Counted from the stretch's first letter, positions 50,587-61,656 are shown. The stretch: DNA of 64,000 bases from Salinivirgaceae bacterium (GCA_024405635.1 JAKSOL010000008.1:1-64000), one strand, 5' to 3'. A program made the numbers and translations. The notes: generated by a model not told the origin, from the sequence alone.

Positions 50587-53500
50587 ATGAATATTAAACT
50601 ATTTGCACTATCAATCTTCAGCGTTGCCACACTCAACTTAAACGCACAAGTGGTAATTAACGAGTACTGCACATTGACAAACAAAATGTTTGATGACAAT
50701 GGCGAAAACTCTGATTGGATTGAACTTTACAATACGGGAAACAACGAAGTTGATTTAACCGGTTGGGCCTTATCAGACGACGAAAATAACCTTGGAAAAT
50801 GGGCATTTCCGACCGTAAAAATGCCAGCCAAAGGATATTTGCTTATTTATGCCGATGGAATTGATTGCAAAGAATACAGCGAAGGCGGTTTGTTTCCTCT
50901 TGTTACTAAAGGCGACATTTTTCGATACAAAATAGGCAACGCTGAAGATCAAGACGTGTGGCTCAATGCCGATTTTGACGATTCGCAATGGGCCGAAGGC
51001 GAAAGTGGATTTGGTTTTGGGAACAATGTTTCTTATCCAACTACTATTGAAAATGGCATAATGTCGGTTTATCTGCGCAAAAAATTCACAATCGACAACG
51101 TTAATGGAATAAACCGTTTGGTTTTTAGCGCCGACTACGACGATGGCTTTGTGGCCTACATAAATGGAAAAGAAATAGCTCGCGAAAACCTTGGCGACGC
51201 TGGCAGCAAAGTTACATTTGACCAAGCAACACCTAATTACGTTAATCCAAACGGAACAACCGCCACCAACTATTCAGTTTCAAACTGGGCCGACGTGCTA
51301 GTTAATGGCGAAAACATTTTGCAAATTGAAGTACACAATTGTAGCACAACGTCAAGCGACTTGTGCATGATTCCTTTCCTCACAGCAGGTTCTTCGTCAA
51401 TACAACCTCAACCGCTCGACAATATGGTTGTGCTAAAATCGGGAACTCGCTACATGCACACAAACTTCAGCCTATCAGCTGATGGTGAATGTATTTTCCT
51501 TTCAGACAACACAGGCAAAATAGTTCACTCTGTTGACACCACTACGGTACCAAACAACATTTCGCGAGGCTTGTCGGCTAACGGAAAAGAACCTTTCTTG
51601 TTTTTTTCATTACCAACACCAGGCTACGCAAATGGTAAGGGATACGAAACAACCGAAACTTGCACTGTGAAATTCACTCCACAAGGAGGAACTTTCAGCC
51701 CTAGCACAAAAGTAACACTTGAAAGTTCAGACAACGGACCTATTTACTACACAACCGATGGATCAGTACCAACTGAGAGTAGCAAAAAATACACTGAACC
51801 TATTTCTGTTACAAAATCAACTGTAATACGCGCCATTACATTTAGCGATAGTAAAATGTCGGGCGAGCCAACCACTCAAACCTACGTTAAACTTGGGCGC
51901 AAACAAACACTCCCAATAATTGCATTCACCACCGACCCTGTAAATCTTTACGACGAAGAATATGGCATTTGGGCCGACGGACCAAACTATGTTGCTGGAG
52001 TTGACCCACCATACAACCAAGCAAACTATTGGAACGACTGGGAACGCCCCATTAACGTTGAATACATGACAGCCGATAGCGGCAAGGTTTATGAAACTGC
52101 AGCTGGACTAAAAGCCTTTGGCGGTTGGAGCCGCTCACATAGAATAAAACCAATGGCTATACACGCACGCAAAGCGTATGGTTCAAAAAAACTGAAATAC
52201 AAATTCTTTGACGAACGATACGCAAAATCGCACAAATCAGTTGTTATGCGTGCTTCAGCTAACGACCTGGAATACACCTACATACGCGATGCCATGATGA
52301 CGCATTTGATGCAAAACACCGACATGGACTATCAGGCTTACCAACCAATGATAGTGTTCCTTAATGGTGAATACCACGGCATTATGAACATGCGCGAAAA
52401 AGTGAGTGAGCACTACATTGAAAACCTACACGGAATTGATGCCGACAATGTTGACTTGATTGAGGGAGATGGAAGTCTTAAATCGGGAACGCTTGACAAT
52501 TTCAACGATTTTAAAAGCTACCTAAACTCAAATAGCACCATAACCGACGAAAAATACGAATACCTTAAAACCCAAATGGACGTTGAAGAGTTTATGGACT
52601 ACATTATACTTGAAGTGTACGTTCACAACACCGACTGGCCACAAAACAACGTAAAAATTTGGCGCTCGCAAGACGAAGACAGCCGCTGGCGTTGGATACT
52701 ATACGACACCGACTTTGGTTTTGGACTATACGACCAAGGCAAAGTGAACCAAAACTCGCTTGCTCGACTACTTGGCCGCGGCGACCTTGGCAATAGTTGG
52801 GCTAACCTTGTATTTCGCCGTTTAGTTACAAACAAAAACTTTGTGCGCGACTTTGCTAACCGCTTCTGCGACCGACTTAACCGCGAGTTCCTGCCTTCTG
52901 AAGTTAATTACCTAATTGACAGTTTGGCTGGTAATATTAAATTTGAAATGAAATATCACCGCGACCACTGGAATTATTGGAGCAATTGGGACAACGAGTT
53001 GAATAACCTAAAACAATTTGCCGAAAAACGCCCCACCATTGCTCGCAAATTTGTGCGCGACGAATGGAACCTAGGCAGCATTATAAAAGTTAACATTGAC
53101 ACCGAAGGCAAAGGCGATGTGCAAATAAACACACTCAAACTAAAAGAATACCCTTGGACTGGATTGTATTTCTCTCAAAACGAAATAACCATAACAGCAA
53201 TACCTCAACCTGGTTACAAATTCTCTCATTGGAGCGGTTGGGCTGGACTCGACACTATAACCGCCCCTCAACTAAAAGTTCTTGTGCCTAACAACCAAAC
53301 ATTCCGCGCACACTTTGTTCGCGACGAAAAAGACTACAATAGCGTTGTTATTAACGAGATAAACTACAAATCGAGCGACGATTTTGATGCAAAAGATTGG
53401 ATTGAACTACACAACACAACCAACGCTACCATTGATCTTTCACGCTGGACATTAACCGACAATTCAATGGATGAAGCTTATACAATTCCTGCCAACACCC

Positions 53501-54141
53501 GCATCGAAGCAAAAGGTTATTTAGTTATTTGTTCAAACATTGAAAAGTTCAAAAAACTATATCCCGATGTTAAAAACGTGATTGGCAACTTTGAATTTGG
53601 GTTAGGTACAACCGACGACGTTCGCTTGTTTGACCACAAAATGACTCTTATTGATAGCGTTAGTTACGACAGCGAATCGCCATGGACAAGCGACGCAAAA
53701 GGCACAGGCTACACACTATCGCTATCGGACCCATATCAAAACAACGAGAATGCTTACCTATGGGAAGCTAACGAAATGCATGGCACACCAGGCAAACAAA
53801 ACGGCAACTATAGCACTAACCACATTGACGACGAAAATGAGCAACTTGTTTACTCATCAATGAACCAACAAAAACAACAGCCTGCTATTGCTGCTTGCAC
53901 TCCTAACCCATTTGCAAACTCGGCAACCATATTTTGGGAGCAACAAGCAGATGCTAACACCCGCATTGAACTACTTGATGCTCAAGGTCGTATAATTGAA
54001 GTTTTAGCAAACCGCTTCTTTGAATCTGGACATCACGAAGTGAACGTTGACAACGCAGAATCGCTTACTCCTGGTGTTTACATTGTGCGAGTTGCTGTTG
54101 AAAATCGCCCTGTTACTATCATAAAACTTGTGAAAGAATAA
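50587..54141 (+). CDS. CotH kinase family protein with lamin-tail domains and T9SS type-A C-terminal domain
   Basis: Two LTDs (VINE...DWIEL.N), YYTTDGSVP FN3-like region, CotH NTDWPQNN and WILYDTDFG, C-terminal PNPF...PGVYIVRV. Confidence 0.88.
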   Translation: MNIKLFALSIFSVATLNLNAQVVINEYCTLTNKMFDDNGENSDWIELYNTGNNEVDLTGWALSDDENNLGKWAFPTVKMPAKGYLLIYADGIDCKEYSEGGLFPLVTKGDIFRYKIGNAEDQDVWLNADFDDSQWAEGESGFGFGNNVSYPTTIENGIMSVYLRKKFTIDNVNGINRLVFSADYDDGFVAYINGKEIARENLGDAGSKVTFDQATPNYVNPNGTTATNYSVSNWADVLVNGENILQIEVHNCSTTSSDLCMIPFLTAGSSSIQPQPLDNMVVLKSGTRYMHTNFSLSADGECIFLSDNTGKIVHSVDTTTVPNNISRGLSANGKEPFLFFSLPTPGYANGKGYETTETCTVKFTPQGGTFSPSTKVTLESSDNGPIYYTTDGSVPTESSKKYTEPISVTKSTVIRAITFSDSKMSGEPTTQTYVKLGRKQTLPIIAFTTDPVNLYDEEYGIWADGPNYVAGVDPPYNQANYWNDWERPINVEYMTADSGKVYETAAGLKAFGGWSRSHRIKPMAIHARKAYGSKKLKYKFFDERYAKSHKSVVMRASANDLEYTYIRDAMMTHLMQNTDMDYQAYQPMIVFLNGEYHGIMNMREKVSEHYIENLHGIDADNVDLIEGDGSLKSGTLDNFNDFKSYLNSNSTITDEKYEYLKTQMDVEEFMDYIILEVYVHNTDWPQNNVKIWRSQDEDSRWRWILYDTDFGFGLYDQGKVNQNSLARLLGRGDLGNSWANLVFRRLVTNKNFVRDFANRFCDRLNREFLPSEVNYLIDSLAGNIKFEMKYHRDHWNYWSNWDNELNNLKQFAEKRPTIARKFVRDEWNLGSIIKVNIDTEGKGDVQINTLKLKEYPWTGLYFSQNEITITAIPQPGYKFSHWSGWAGLDTITAPQLKVLVPNNQTFRAHFVRDEKDYNSVVINEINYKSSDDFDAKDWIELHNTTNATIDLSRWTLTDNSMDEAYTIPANTRIEAKGYLVICSNIEKFKKLYPDVKNVIGNFEFGLGTTDDVRLFDHKMTLIDSVSYDSESPWTSDAKGTGYTLSLSDPYQNNENAYLWEANEMHGTPGKQNGNYSTNHIDDENEQLVYSSMNQQKQQPAIAACTPNPFANSATIFWEQQADANTRIELLDAQGRIIEVLANRFFESGHHEVNVDNAESLTPGVYIVRVAVENRPVTIIKLVKE

Positions 54142-54920
54142 TGACCGAAAAAACATACAAAGAATTTACAGTAGGCAGTGCATTATTAGCAATGCTTATT
54201 GTTTGTGGCACAGCAATGCTATCGGCTGTAGTGCAAATAATGCTTAAATATGTACCCATAAGCACTAGTTGGAGCATGCTTATTGCTTATGTTGTTCAGT
54301 TTGCAGCAGGATTGGCAATAATCAAAATAATTTGGCGCGGAATCTGTTTCAAATTCAACAAATTCAATGCAAAACAAACGCTAATAGCCATAGCAACAAT
54401 ATTGGCCATGGGTGTTGTTTGCGAGGCTGCGATGATTTTATTTCCTATGCCCGACAAACTTGCTGCTTTGTTTAATGTTGTGCTACAACCTAACATTGCT
54501 ACATTTTTGTGTGTTTGCATTGCAGCACCAATGCTCGAAGAGATGGTTTTTCGTGGCGCAATATTAGGCGGAATGCTAAATAGCGGCATTGCTGCCCGAA
54601 AAGCTATTATTGTATCGGCTGCGCTATTTGCACTAATGCACCTTAACCCTTGGCAAGGTGTACCAGCTTTTGCCATTGGACTTCTATTTGGGTGGATTTA
54701 CAAACAAACTCAAAGTTTGTGGCCAAGCATGATTCTACACTTTGCAAACAACACCACAAGTTATTGCATCAGTACTATTTACGGAGACTCAAACGTTACG
54801 GTGAAAGATTTGGTTGGCAGTACTCAAATTTACATTGTAGTTGTTATAGTTTGCATAGCAATAACATACTTGGGCATTAAATGGTTAAGCAAATTGTTTG
54901 CTAACAACAAAGCCGTTTAA
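54141..54920 (+). CDS. CPBP (CAAX/Abi) family intramembrane metalloprotease
   Basis: APMLEEMVFRG, FALMH and HFANN motifs. Confidence 0.9.
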   Translation: MTEKTYKEFTVGSALLAMLIVCGTAMLSAVVQIMLKYVPISTSWSMLIAYVVQFAAGLAIIKIIWRGICFKFNKFNAKQTLIAIATILAMGVVCEAAMILFPMPDKLAALFNVVLQPNIATFLCVCIAAPMLEEMVFRGAILGGMLNSGIAARKAIIVSAALFALMHLNPWQGVPAFAIGLLFGWIYKQTQSLWPSMILHFANNTTSYCISTIYGDSNVTVKDLVGSTQIYIVVVIVCIAITYLGIKWLSKLFANNKAV

Positions 54921-55390
54921 TCAACTTGCGGATTCTCTAATCGAAAAACCAAACGCTGTACACCATCTTGCCAGCGACTGCTGCTAATGCGCAAACGTCC
55001 AATTTGCGCCGTGTGCGCCACATGCAACCCAATACAAAGGCACTCGTCGTAGTTGCCAACATGCACTATGCGCACTGTTTCAGAAGCATCGTCAGGCAAT
55101 CGATTAAGGTTAAAACGCTGAGCAACATCGGCTTGTTTAACAAACTCGGTCCAAACCTCAACATCCTCGTCAATAATACGGTTAACCTCTGTTTCTAGAT
55201 TGCGAATTTGATCGTCGGAAAGGGCTTGCGGCAAACTAAAATCAAGTTTTGATTTTTGACGCTCAATATGTGCCGAAAAAGCACGTCCACAGCCATACAT
55301 CTTATCCATCAAACCATTTAACAAATGCTCGGCAGTGTGCATAGGAGGAAATTCTTGTTTGTTATGCTCATTCAATTTAACCTCGTCCAT
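54917..55390 (-). CDS. AlaX-type (tRNA_SAD) trans-editing protein
   Basis: HTAEH and CIGLH zinc-ligand motifs; VRIVHVG.YD. Confidence 0.82.
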   Translation of the reverse strand: MDEVKLNEHNKQEFPPMHTAEHLLNGLMDKMYGCGRAFSAHIERQKSKLDFSLPQALSDDQIRNLETEVNRIIDEDVEVWTEFVKQADVAQRFNLNRLPDDASETVRIVHVGNYDECLCIGLHVAHTAQIGRLRISSSRWQDGVQRLVFRLENPQVD

Positions 55391-55415
55391 ATTATTGATG
55401 TTCAATTAATTAAGT

Positions 55416-57959
55416 TTAAAATTCTATTCTATACGACAACGATGGAACAAATCGATATATGTAATAGAAACTTGGATTTAGCCACACATGACCATTGTCG
55501 TCGCTGCTGTAATAACTAATTCCCAACGGATTTTTATGTGCATACACGTTGTAAACCGAAAAGTTCCAAAAAGTATTGTAACGTTTAATGTCGTTATTGC
55601 GGCCTTTAAGTTCCAAACTCACGTCAAGCCTATGGTAAAGCGGCATTCGCATTGTGTTTATGTTGTCGCTAAACTGCAAAACAGGATTACCGTCCACGTT
55701 GTAGGTTCCAACTGCCGAAGTGTATGGCAAACCCGATGCCATTTTCCACGATGCCGAAGCCGACAATCTATTTTTTGAGTATAAGGCAGTAAAATCAATT
55801 GAATGTTTGCGAACATACGATGCTTGGTATGGGGAGTTTTGGTTAAGCCCATTGGTTGTCCAACTAGAATTAGTATAGTTAAATGCCGCTTTAAGTTGCA
55901 GATTATCATACGTATAATGCACCGATGTCTCAATTCCATATATTTTAGCCGACGAGTGATAAATAAACTTTTCGGGATCGATATCGTAAAGCAGGCGAAT
56001 CTCTTGCAACGACTCAATAATGTTAAACTGCCGACGATAATATGCACCAACCTCAATTGTTAAGTTCTGAATATCAGTGCATAATAAATTTGCCGACAAG
56101 TTATTTGACCTTTCGGGCATAAAACGCGAGTTTGCAGGAAGCAAACGGTTAATTGTTACCCCATAGGTACTTGTTTGCAGTTTGTGCAGTGTTTGGGCGC
56201 GAGTGCTAAATCCAGCTTTGAGCAACCACCCTTCGGCTAAACGATATTTTGCTGTTAAATTACCCTCATAATAAAACATTATGGTATCGCTAATATTTTG
56301 ATAGTTGGTTGGTGTTTTACTAGCGCTTATGTTGTTGCCAAAATCAACTGCCAAATTATTGCCTATCTGATAGTTCTGCACAAAATACAGTTTTGCAATA
56401 TCCATTCGCTGCGATTTATTGTGCAACCTTTTACTTAGCGACTCCTTTTCGTCTGAAATCAAATCGAAAGGCTCAAGTCTAAACATTGCAAAGTGAGCGC
56501 CATACTTAAGGTTAACCGCTTGGGTCACGTTATGCATAAAATCGAGTTTTGCACGTGCCTCAAAACATAAGTTCTGCCACGAGTATGCTCGGTTTGTGTA
56601 AAAATTATTCAACTGTGTTTCGTGTTGTATAACCGACAATGTTAAGTTACTCAACAAGTTACGGTTATAAAAATGATTCCACCGCACTGATGCAATACGA
56701 TTTGTTTGTTTAAGTTTACTGCTCACATCAAACTTATCAAAACCTACATAGTACGAAAAAAAGATTCGGTTATGATTATTTAAAGTAGTAGTCACTTTAG
56801 CGTTTATATCGTAAAAGTAAAAGTCAGCATCATAGTTCTGCGCTCGCAAAATTGGGGCTAAAAACAAGTCGGCATAAGTGCGACGAGCCGCCAACAAAAC
56901 CGATGTTTTTCCTTTCACCAAAGGACCTTCAGCTAAAGCGCGCAAAGTAAAAATACCCATTGATGCCGAAGCGTGCCAGTTGTAAAGGTCACCATTGCGC
57001 AACCTAACATCAATAATACCCGAAAGCGCCTCGTCGTTTTCAATTGAAATATCGCCTTTGTAAATATTGATGTGGTTTATAATATCTGGATTGTAGCCCG
57101 ATGCAAAACCGCCCAAGTGCGATGGCATATAATTTTCCACACCGTCCATCATAAAGGTTGTTTGGTCGCTACTGCCTCCTTGAATATTGATTGAACTAGA
57201 CGACATTTCACTCATTTGAATACCTGACATTAGGTCTAAATTTCGCAAAGCATCGTGTTCGCCCATCACGTTAGGCAAGTGGCGTAAAGTGTTAACGCTC
57301 ATGCGCATAACTCCACTTTCTGTAGCTTCAACAATGTCGTCTTTGCTGTCGGAACGTACTGTAACCTCGCTCATTTGATAAACCACAGGTTCAAGTTGCA
57401 CTTTAATTTGCTCATTGTTAGACACATCAATAGTTATTACTTTTTGCTTATACCCTAAACATTGGCATCGCAACTGATGCTTTCCTTGTGGCAGATATAG
57501 CGAAAAGTAGCCATACACATTGGTTGTGGTACCAATGCCTGCAATGCTTGAATGAACTGCGCCTCCAATAATGCTTTCTGATGTTGTGCTATCGACCATA
57601 ACACCCGACACATAATAATACTTCATCTCGTGAGGTGCTAACTTAAAGAGCACTATTTGTCCGTCAATTTCTTGCGAGCCAATACGATATGCCATTCGCA
57701 GCCTATCTATCAGTTGGTCAACACTTTGCAACTGATTGTTTGGCATAACAAAATTTATTTTGCCAATAACGTTATCAGAATATGAAAAACGAACCGATGC
57801 TTGTTGCTCAACCTCAGCAATAATTTGTTTGAGCGACTTATTGTTGGTTTCAATCTGTACCGACTGCGAATAACCGCGACAAAGCATCAGCATTGCCAGC
57901 AATACAAGTAGTAGTCGATGTAGTTTTTTGTCGTTCAAAATATTTTGCTCTATAAACAA
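55416..57959 (-). CDS. TonB-dependent receptor with STN and carboxypeptidase-like regulatory domains
   Basis: TNVYGYFSL, plug region (IQGGSSDQ, HLGGF.S.YNPD), YHRLDVS, YNVY..KN and terminal Phe; true start may be the TTG at 57938. Confidence 0.88.
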   Translation of the reverse strand: MFIEQNILNDKKLHRLLLVLLAMLMLCRGYSQSVQIETNNKSLKQIIAEVEQQASVRFSYSDNVIGKINFVMPNNQLQSVDQLIDRLRMAYRIGSQEIDGQIVLFKLAPHEMKYYYVSGVMVDSTTSESIIGGAVHSSIAGIGTTTNVYGYFSLYLPQGKHQLRCQCLGYKQKVITIDVSNNEQIKVQLEPVVYQMSEVTVRSDSKDDIVEATESGVMRMSVNTLRHLPNVMGEHDALRNLDLMSGIQMSEMSSSSINIQGGSSDQTTFMMDGVENYMPSHLGGFASGYNPDIINHINIYKGDISIENDEALSGIIDVRLRNGDLYNWHASASMGIFTLRALAEGPLVKGKTSVLLAARRTYADLFLAPILRAQNYDADFYFYDINAKVTTTLNNHNRIFFSYYVGFDKFDVSSKLKQTNRIASVRWNHFYNRNLLSNLTLSVIQHETQLNNFYTNRAYSWQNLCFEARAKLDFMHNVTQAVNLKYGAHFAMFRLEPFDLISDEKESLSKRLHNKSQRMDIAKLYFVQNYQIGNNLAVDFGNNISASKTPTNYQNISDTIMFYYEGNLTAKYRLAEGWLLKAGFSTRAQTLHKLQTSTYGVTINRLLPANSRFMPERSNNLSANLLCTDIQNLTIEVGAYYRRQFNIIESLQEIRLLYDIDPEKFIYHSSAKIYGIETSVHYTYDNLQLKAAFNYTNSSWTTNGLNQNSPYQASYVRKHSIDFTALYSKNRLSASASWKMASGLPYTSAVGTYNVDGNPVLQFSDNINTMRMPLYHRLDVSLELKGRNNDIKRYNTFWNFSVYNVYAHKNPLGISYYSSDDNGHVWLNPSFYYIYRFVPSLSYRIEF

Positions 57960-57990
57960 AACAATCCAGACCGTTGCCAGCCTGGATTGC
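57955..57990 (-). terminator. Intrinsic terminator after the DUF1573 gene
   Basis: Minus strand CAATCCAGGCTG-GCAA-CGGTCTGGATTG followed by TTTTG. Confidence 0.7.
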
Positions 57991-58008
57991 GATTTTTTAT
58001 CAAGTTGG

Positions 58009-59097
58009 TTATTCTCCCTCTTTTACATCGCCAAAAATGCGTAACACAACTTTTGACTTATTGGGGTCGTTTGATATTATGGTAATCGTTTTATTTTGTC
58101 GGTTGCGTTTACCTGCCGAATTAAAAGTAACTTCAAAATCAGTTGATTCGCCAAGTTTTAGCACGTCAACTTTGGTTTTAGCAACAGTGCAGCCGCACGA
58201 CGACATTACTTTTCGAATAAGCAAATCGGATTTACCGGTGTTGCTAAATGTGAAAGTATGGCTCACTTTGTCGCCTTGTTTAATGGTGCCAAAGCTAAAT
58301 TCGGTTTCGGTAAAAGTTATTGCAGGCGCATCGGCAAGTTGCTGAGCCGATAGAGTTGAAAAATCTTCCTCAATGGTTGCGCTAATTGATAGCACGTTCT
58401 TTTTCGATTTTTCGCCATTAAAAGTCAAGTAAACTTTGTCCATCATAAAACCCCAATCGTTGCGCTTAGTGGCATCGTAAATGGCTATTAGTTTGCCAGT
58501 TTGGTTTGGTTGCAAAGTTTCAGGAACAGCCTTCATTGTTATGTGAGCAGGCACTTCGTCAAACGTAATGGTGAGAGGTTTTTCGGTTAAGTTTACCATG
58601 CTCATGGTGTCTGATTTTCCGGTATTTGTATTCTTAACACTTAAGAACGATATGTGGTTTGTTTCAACATTTAGTTCGCCAATTTGACGAGGATGAAGTT
58701 CAGCAAGTGTTTTTTCGCGCTCAAGCACTTGGCCCGATATGCGAATGATTGATGTTTGTGGCACACAGTTGGTGGTTACTGTGATGGTTTTTTTGAACGG
58801 ACCTGGGCGACCGCTAGGGTCGTAGGTTGCCGAAACGTAGCCCGATTTGCCTGGCATAACTGGCGACTTTGTGTAGTCGGCAGTGGTACAACCACACGAT
58901 GGATGAACGTTTGTAATAACCAAAGGTTCAGTTCCTTCGTTCACAAAAACAAATTTATGTGTTACCTCGCCATCGGCTTCTTTCAAATCGCCAAAATCGT
59001 GAGTGGCGCTATCCCATTTCAAAATTGGACCTTTTTGTTGAGCTACCGAGCTGACTACTGCGGCAGCCATCATCAACATTAGAACTAACTTTTTCAT
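58009..59097 (-). CDS. DUF1573 domain exported protein (three Ig-like repeats)
   Basis: HDFG, SCGCT (twice) and F.F.N.G..PL.I motifs; signal peptide. Confidence 0.88.
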   Translation of the reverse strand: MKKLVLMLMMAAAVVSSVAQQKGPILKWDSATHDFGDLKEADGEVTHKFVFVNEGTEPLVITNVHPSCGCTTADYTKSPVMPGKSGYVSATYDPSGRPGPFKKTITVTTNCVPQTSIIRISGQVLEREKTLAELHPRQIGELNVETNHISFLSVKNTNTGKSDTMSMVNLTEKPLTITFDEVPAHITMKAVPETLQPNQTGKLIAIYDATKRNDWGFMMDKVYLTFNGEKSKKNVLSISATIEEDFSTLSAQQLADAPAITFTETEFSFGTIKQGDKVSHTFTFSNTGKSDLLIRKVMSSCGCTVAKTKVDVLKLGESTDFEVTFNSAGKRNRQNKTITIISNDPNKSKVVLRIFGDVKEGE

Positions 59098-59124
59098 AAT
59101 CAAAGTGGATTAAGTTAATGGTAG

Positions 59125-59196
59125 TACCCCGAATGGGAATCGAACCCATATCAACAGTTTAGGAAACTGCGATTCTATCCGTTGAACTATCAGGGC
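59125..59196 (-). tRNA. tRNA-Arg(CCT)
   Basis: GCCCTGA acceptor stem, anticodon arm CAGTT-TCCTA-AACTG, GGTTCGATTCC T-arm; CCA not encoded; TACCTTTG -7 element at 59211-59204. Confidence 0.95.
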
Positions 59197-59307
59197 AGTG
59201 GCACAAAGGTAACAAAAGTAGGCAGTTTATTGCCTTTTGTGTTTGGTTTTTAGTTTTGGTTTTAACGTAATGCTACTTACGATTATTATGTTACGGTTGC
59301 AATAGTA

Positions 59308-61584
59308 TTACTCTACTATACGCAGCTTGGCATATTTTAGAATTAAGCGTTTTTCGCCTGCTCGAGGGAAGAATATTGTTGCACAAAAATCGGCACCCAA
59401 GCTGTCGATTTTCAGCACTTTACCTATACCAAACTGAACGTGTTCAACACTCATACCAACTTTAATGTCGCCTGCATCGCTTGGAGCAAAGTCCATTGGT
59501 TGATGTGTAGGTTGCGAGTGCATTTGCTTTAGTTTGTTGGTGGCTGCCTGACTAAAACTTTGAGTTATGCGACGTGGTTGAAATTTATCGGCATTTTCAA
59601 CTCCAAAACCTGAACGTTCAGCGGGCGTTGCTCGGCGCATGTATTGCGGGTCAATATCTTTCAAAAAACGGCTTGGCGATGTGGTTTTAGCTTGGCCATA
59701 TTGCGAACGACTGTGGCAAAACGACAGATTTGCAACCGTTTTGGCGCGAGTTATTGCCACATAAAGCAAACGTCGTTCTTCTTCAATGCCAAACTCCCCT
59801 TCTGCCATACTCGAAGGGAAAAGATTCTCCTCTAGTCCAACTATGTAAACATACGGGAACTCCAATCCCTTGGCAGCATGAATGGTCATCATTGTAACGC
59901 TGTTTGGCTGTTCATCAGAGTTTGTATCTTGATCGGTGAGCAGAGCTACATTTTGCAAGAAACCCGAAAGTGGAGCCCGATCGGAACCATTGCCGTTAGC
60001 TGCGGTATAGTCCATAATGGCGTTAAGCAATTCTTCAATATTTTGCAATCGGCTTTGGTCTTCAAGATTGTTCATGGCATCAAACTCACTCTTAATGCCC
60101 ACTTCGTCAATCATTTGGCGAGCCAAATCGTAAGCATCAAGCGTGTTTTGCAAACCGATGTACTTTTTAATCAAATCGACAAAGGTTTTTATTCGAGCCA
60201 AAGTTGATTGCGGCAAGTTTGCGTGGTTGTTATTTGGTTGACTTATTATTTGCCAAATGCTCACATGCATATTGTTTGCGGCATTTTCTATCTTGTCAAT
60301 AGTTGCCTCGCCTATTTTACGCGATGGATAATTGATTACTCGTTTCAATGCCTCGCCGTCGTCGGGATTAACTACTAGACGCAAATAAGCAATAATGTCC
60401 TTTATCTCTTTGCGTTGATAGAACGATGTTCCACCATAAATCTGATAAGCCATGTTACGTTTGCGCAATGCCTCTTCAAACACGCGGCTTTGCGCATTTG
60501 TTCTATAAAGAATGGCAACGTCGTTACATGTAATGTGTTTATTTACAATGTTATTATAAATATCCATTACCACTGTATTGGCTTCTTCGCGCTCAGTCAT
60601 CACTTCAAATATCTTAATTGGAGCGCCCTCGTCGTTTTCTGAAAAAACAGTTTTAGGTATTCGGCGTACATTCTTCTCTATCAGGCAATTAGCTGCATCT
60701 ACAATGGTTTGTGTTGAGCGATAGTTTTGCTCAAGTTTAAAGATGCGGTGTTGCGGATAGTCTTTCTGAAAATTGAGTATGTTTTCAATTTTTGCGCCTC
60801 GAAACGAGTAAATGCTTTGAGCATCGTCGCCTACCACGCAAATATTGTTATGTAATTTACATAACTGCCTGATTATTAAGTACTGTGCAAAGTTTGTGTC
60901 TTGATACTCATCAACTAGCACATACTTAAACTTGTTCTGATATTTTTCCAAAATATCGGGATTGTCGCGAAACAAGACGTTTGTGTTAAGTAGCAAATCG
61001 TCAAAATCCATTGCTGCCGAAGTTCTGCAACGCGATGCGTATTCCAAATAAATGCGGCCAATCATAGGCATGCGCATTTTGTTATCGTTGGCATACATGT
61101 TACTGTCGCGAGCATAGGCTTGCGCTGTGTAAAGGTTGTTTTTTGCCATCGATATGCGATTGAGCACGGTACTCGATTTGTATTGCTTTTCGTCGAACTC
61201 AAAACCTTTTACAATCGACTTTATAAGGTTTTTCGAGTCGGTGGTGTCATATATTGTGTACTCCGATGGGTAACCAAGTCGGTCGCTTTCGACACGAAGG
61301 ATGCGGCTAAAAATTGAGTGAAAAGTACCCATCACAAGTTTATCAGCCAACTCGGCGCCCACCAATGCCGAAATACGGTTTTTCATTTCGCGAGCAGCCT
61401 TATTGGTAAACGTAAGTGCCAAAATGTTCCATGGAGCCACGCCTTGATTAAGCAAGTATGCAATGCGATAAGTAAGCACTCTTGTTTTTCCAGAACCCGC
61501 ACCCGCCACTATCAAACAAGGTCCGTCTTTACTTACAACTGCTTGACGTTGCACATCGCTCAAATCGTTCAAAAAATCTTGCAT
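59308..61584 (-). CDS. pcrA: ATP-dependent DNA helicase PcrA/UvrD
   Basis: AGAGSGKT, TFTNKAA, DEYQD, GDDAQSIYSFRGA, NYRST, TIHAAKGLEF and EERRL motifs. Confidence 0.95.
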   Translation of the reverse strand: MQDFLNDLSDVQRQAVVSKDGPCLIVAGAGSGKTRVLTYRIAYLLNQGVAPWNILALTFTNKAAREMKNRISALVGAELADKLVMGTFHSIFSRILRVESDRLGYPSEYTIYDTTDSKNLIKSIVKGFEFDEKQYKSSTVLNRISMAKNNLYTAQAYARDSNMYANDNKMRMPMIGRIYLEYASRCRTSAAMDFDDLLLNTNVLFRDNPDILEKYQNKFKYVLVDEYQDTNFAQYLIIRQLCKLHNNICVVGDDAQSIYSFRGAKIENILNFQKDYPQHRIFKLEQNYRSTQTIVDAANCLIEKNVRRIPKTVFSENDEGAPIKIFEVMTEREEANTVVMDIYNNIVNKHITCNDVAILYRTNAQSRVFEEALRKRNMAYQIYGGTSFYQRKEIKDIIAYLRLVVNPDDGEALKRVINYPSRKIGEATIDKIENAANNMHVSIWQIISQPNNNHANLPQSTLARIKTFVDLIKKYIGLQNTLDAYDLARQMIDEVGIKSEFDAMNNLEDQSRLQNIEELLNAIMDYTAANGNGSDRAPLSGFLQNVALLTDQDTNSDEQPNSVTMMTIHAAKGLEFPYVYIVGLEENLFPSSMAEGEFGIEEERRLLYVAITRAKTVANLSFCHSRSQYGQAKTTSPSRFLKDIDPQYMRRATPAERSGFGVENADKFQPRRITQSFSQAATNKLKQMHSQPTHQPMDFAPSDAGDIKVGMSVEHVQFGIGKVLKIDSLGADFCATIFFPRAGEKRLILKYAKLRIVE

Positions 61585-61656
61585 AGCTCTATTGGTGTTT
61601 GTTGTTTCAACAGAATAAAATTTGGGGCTAACTTAATGTGCCAGCATTAGTGATTG

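Noticed and set aside
59125-59196. tRNA-Arg as an integration site
   Set aside because: No duplicated tRNA 3' end or integrase was seen, and the flanking genes look like core genes.
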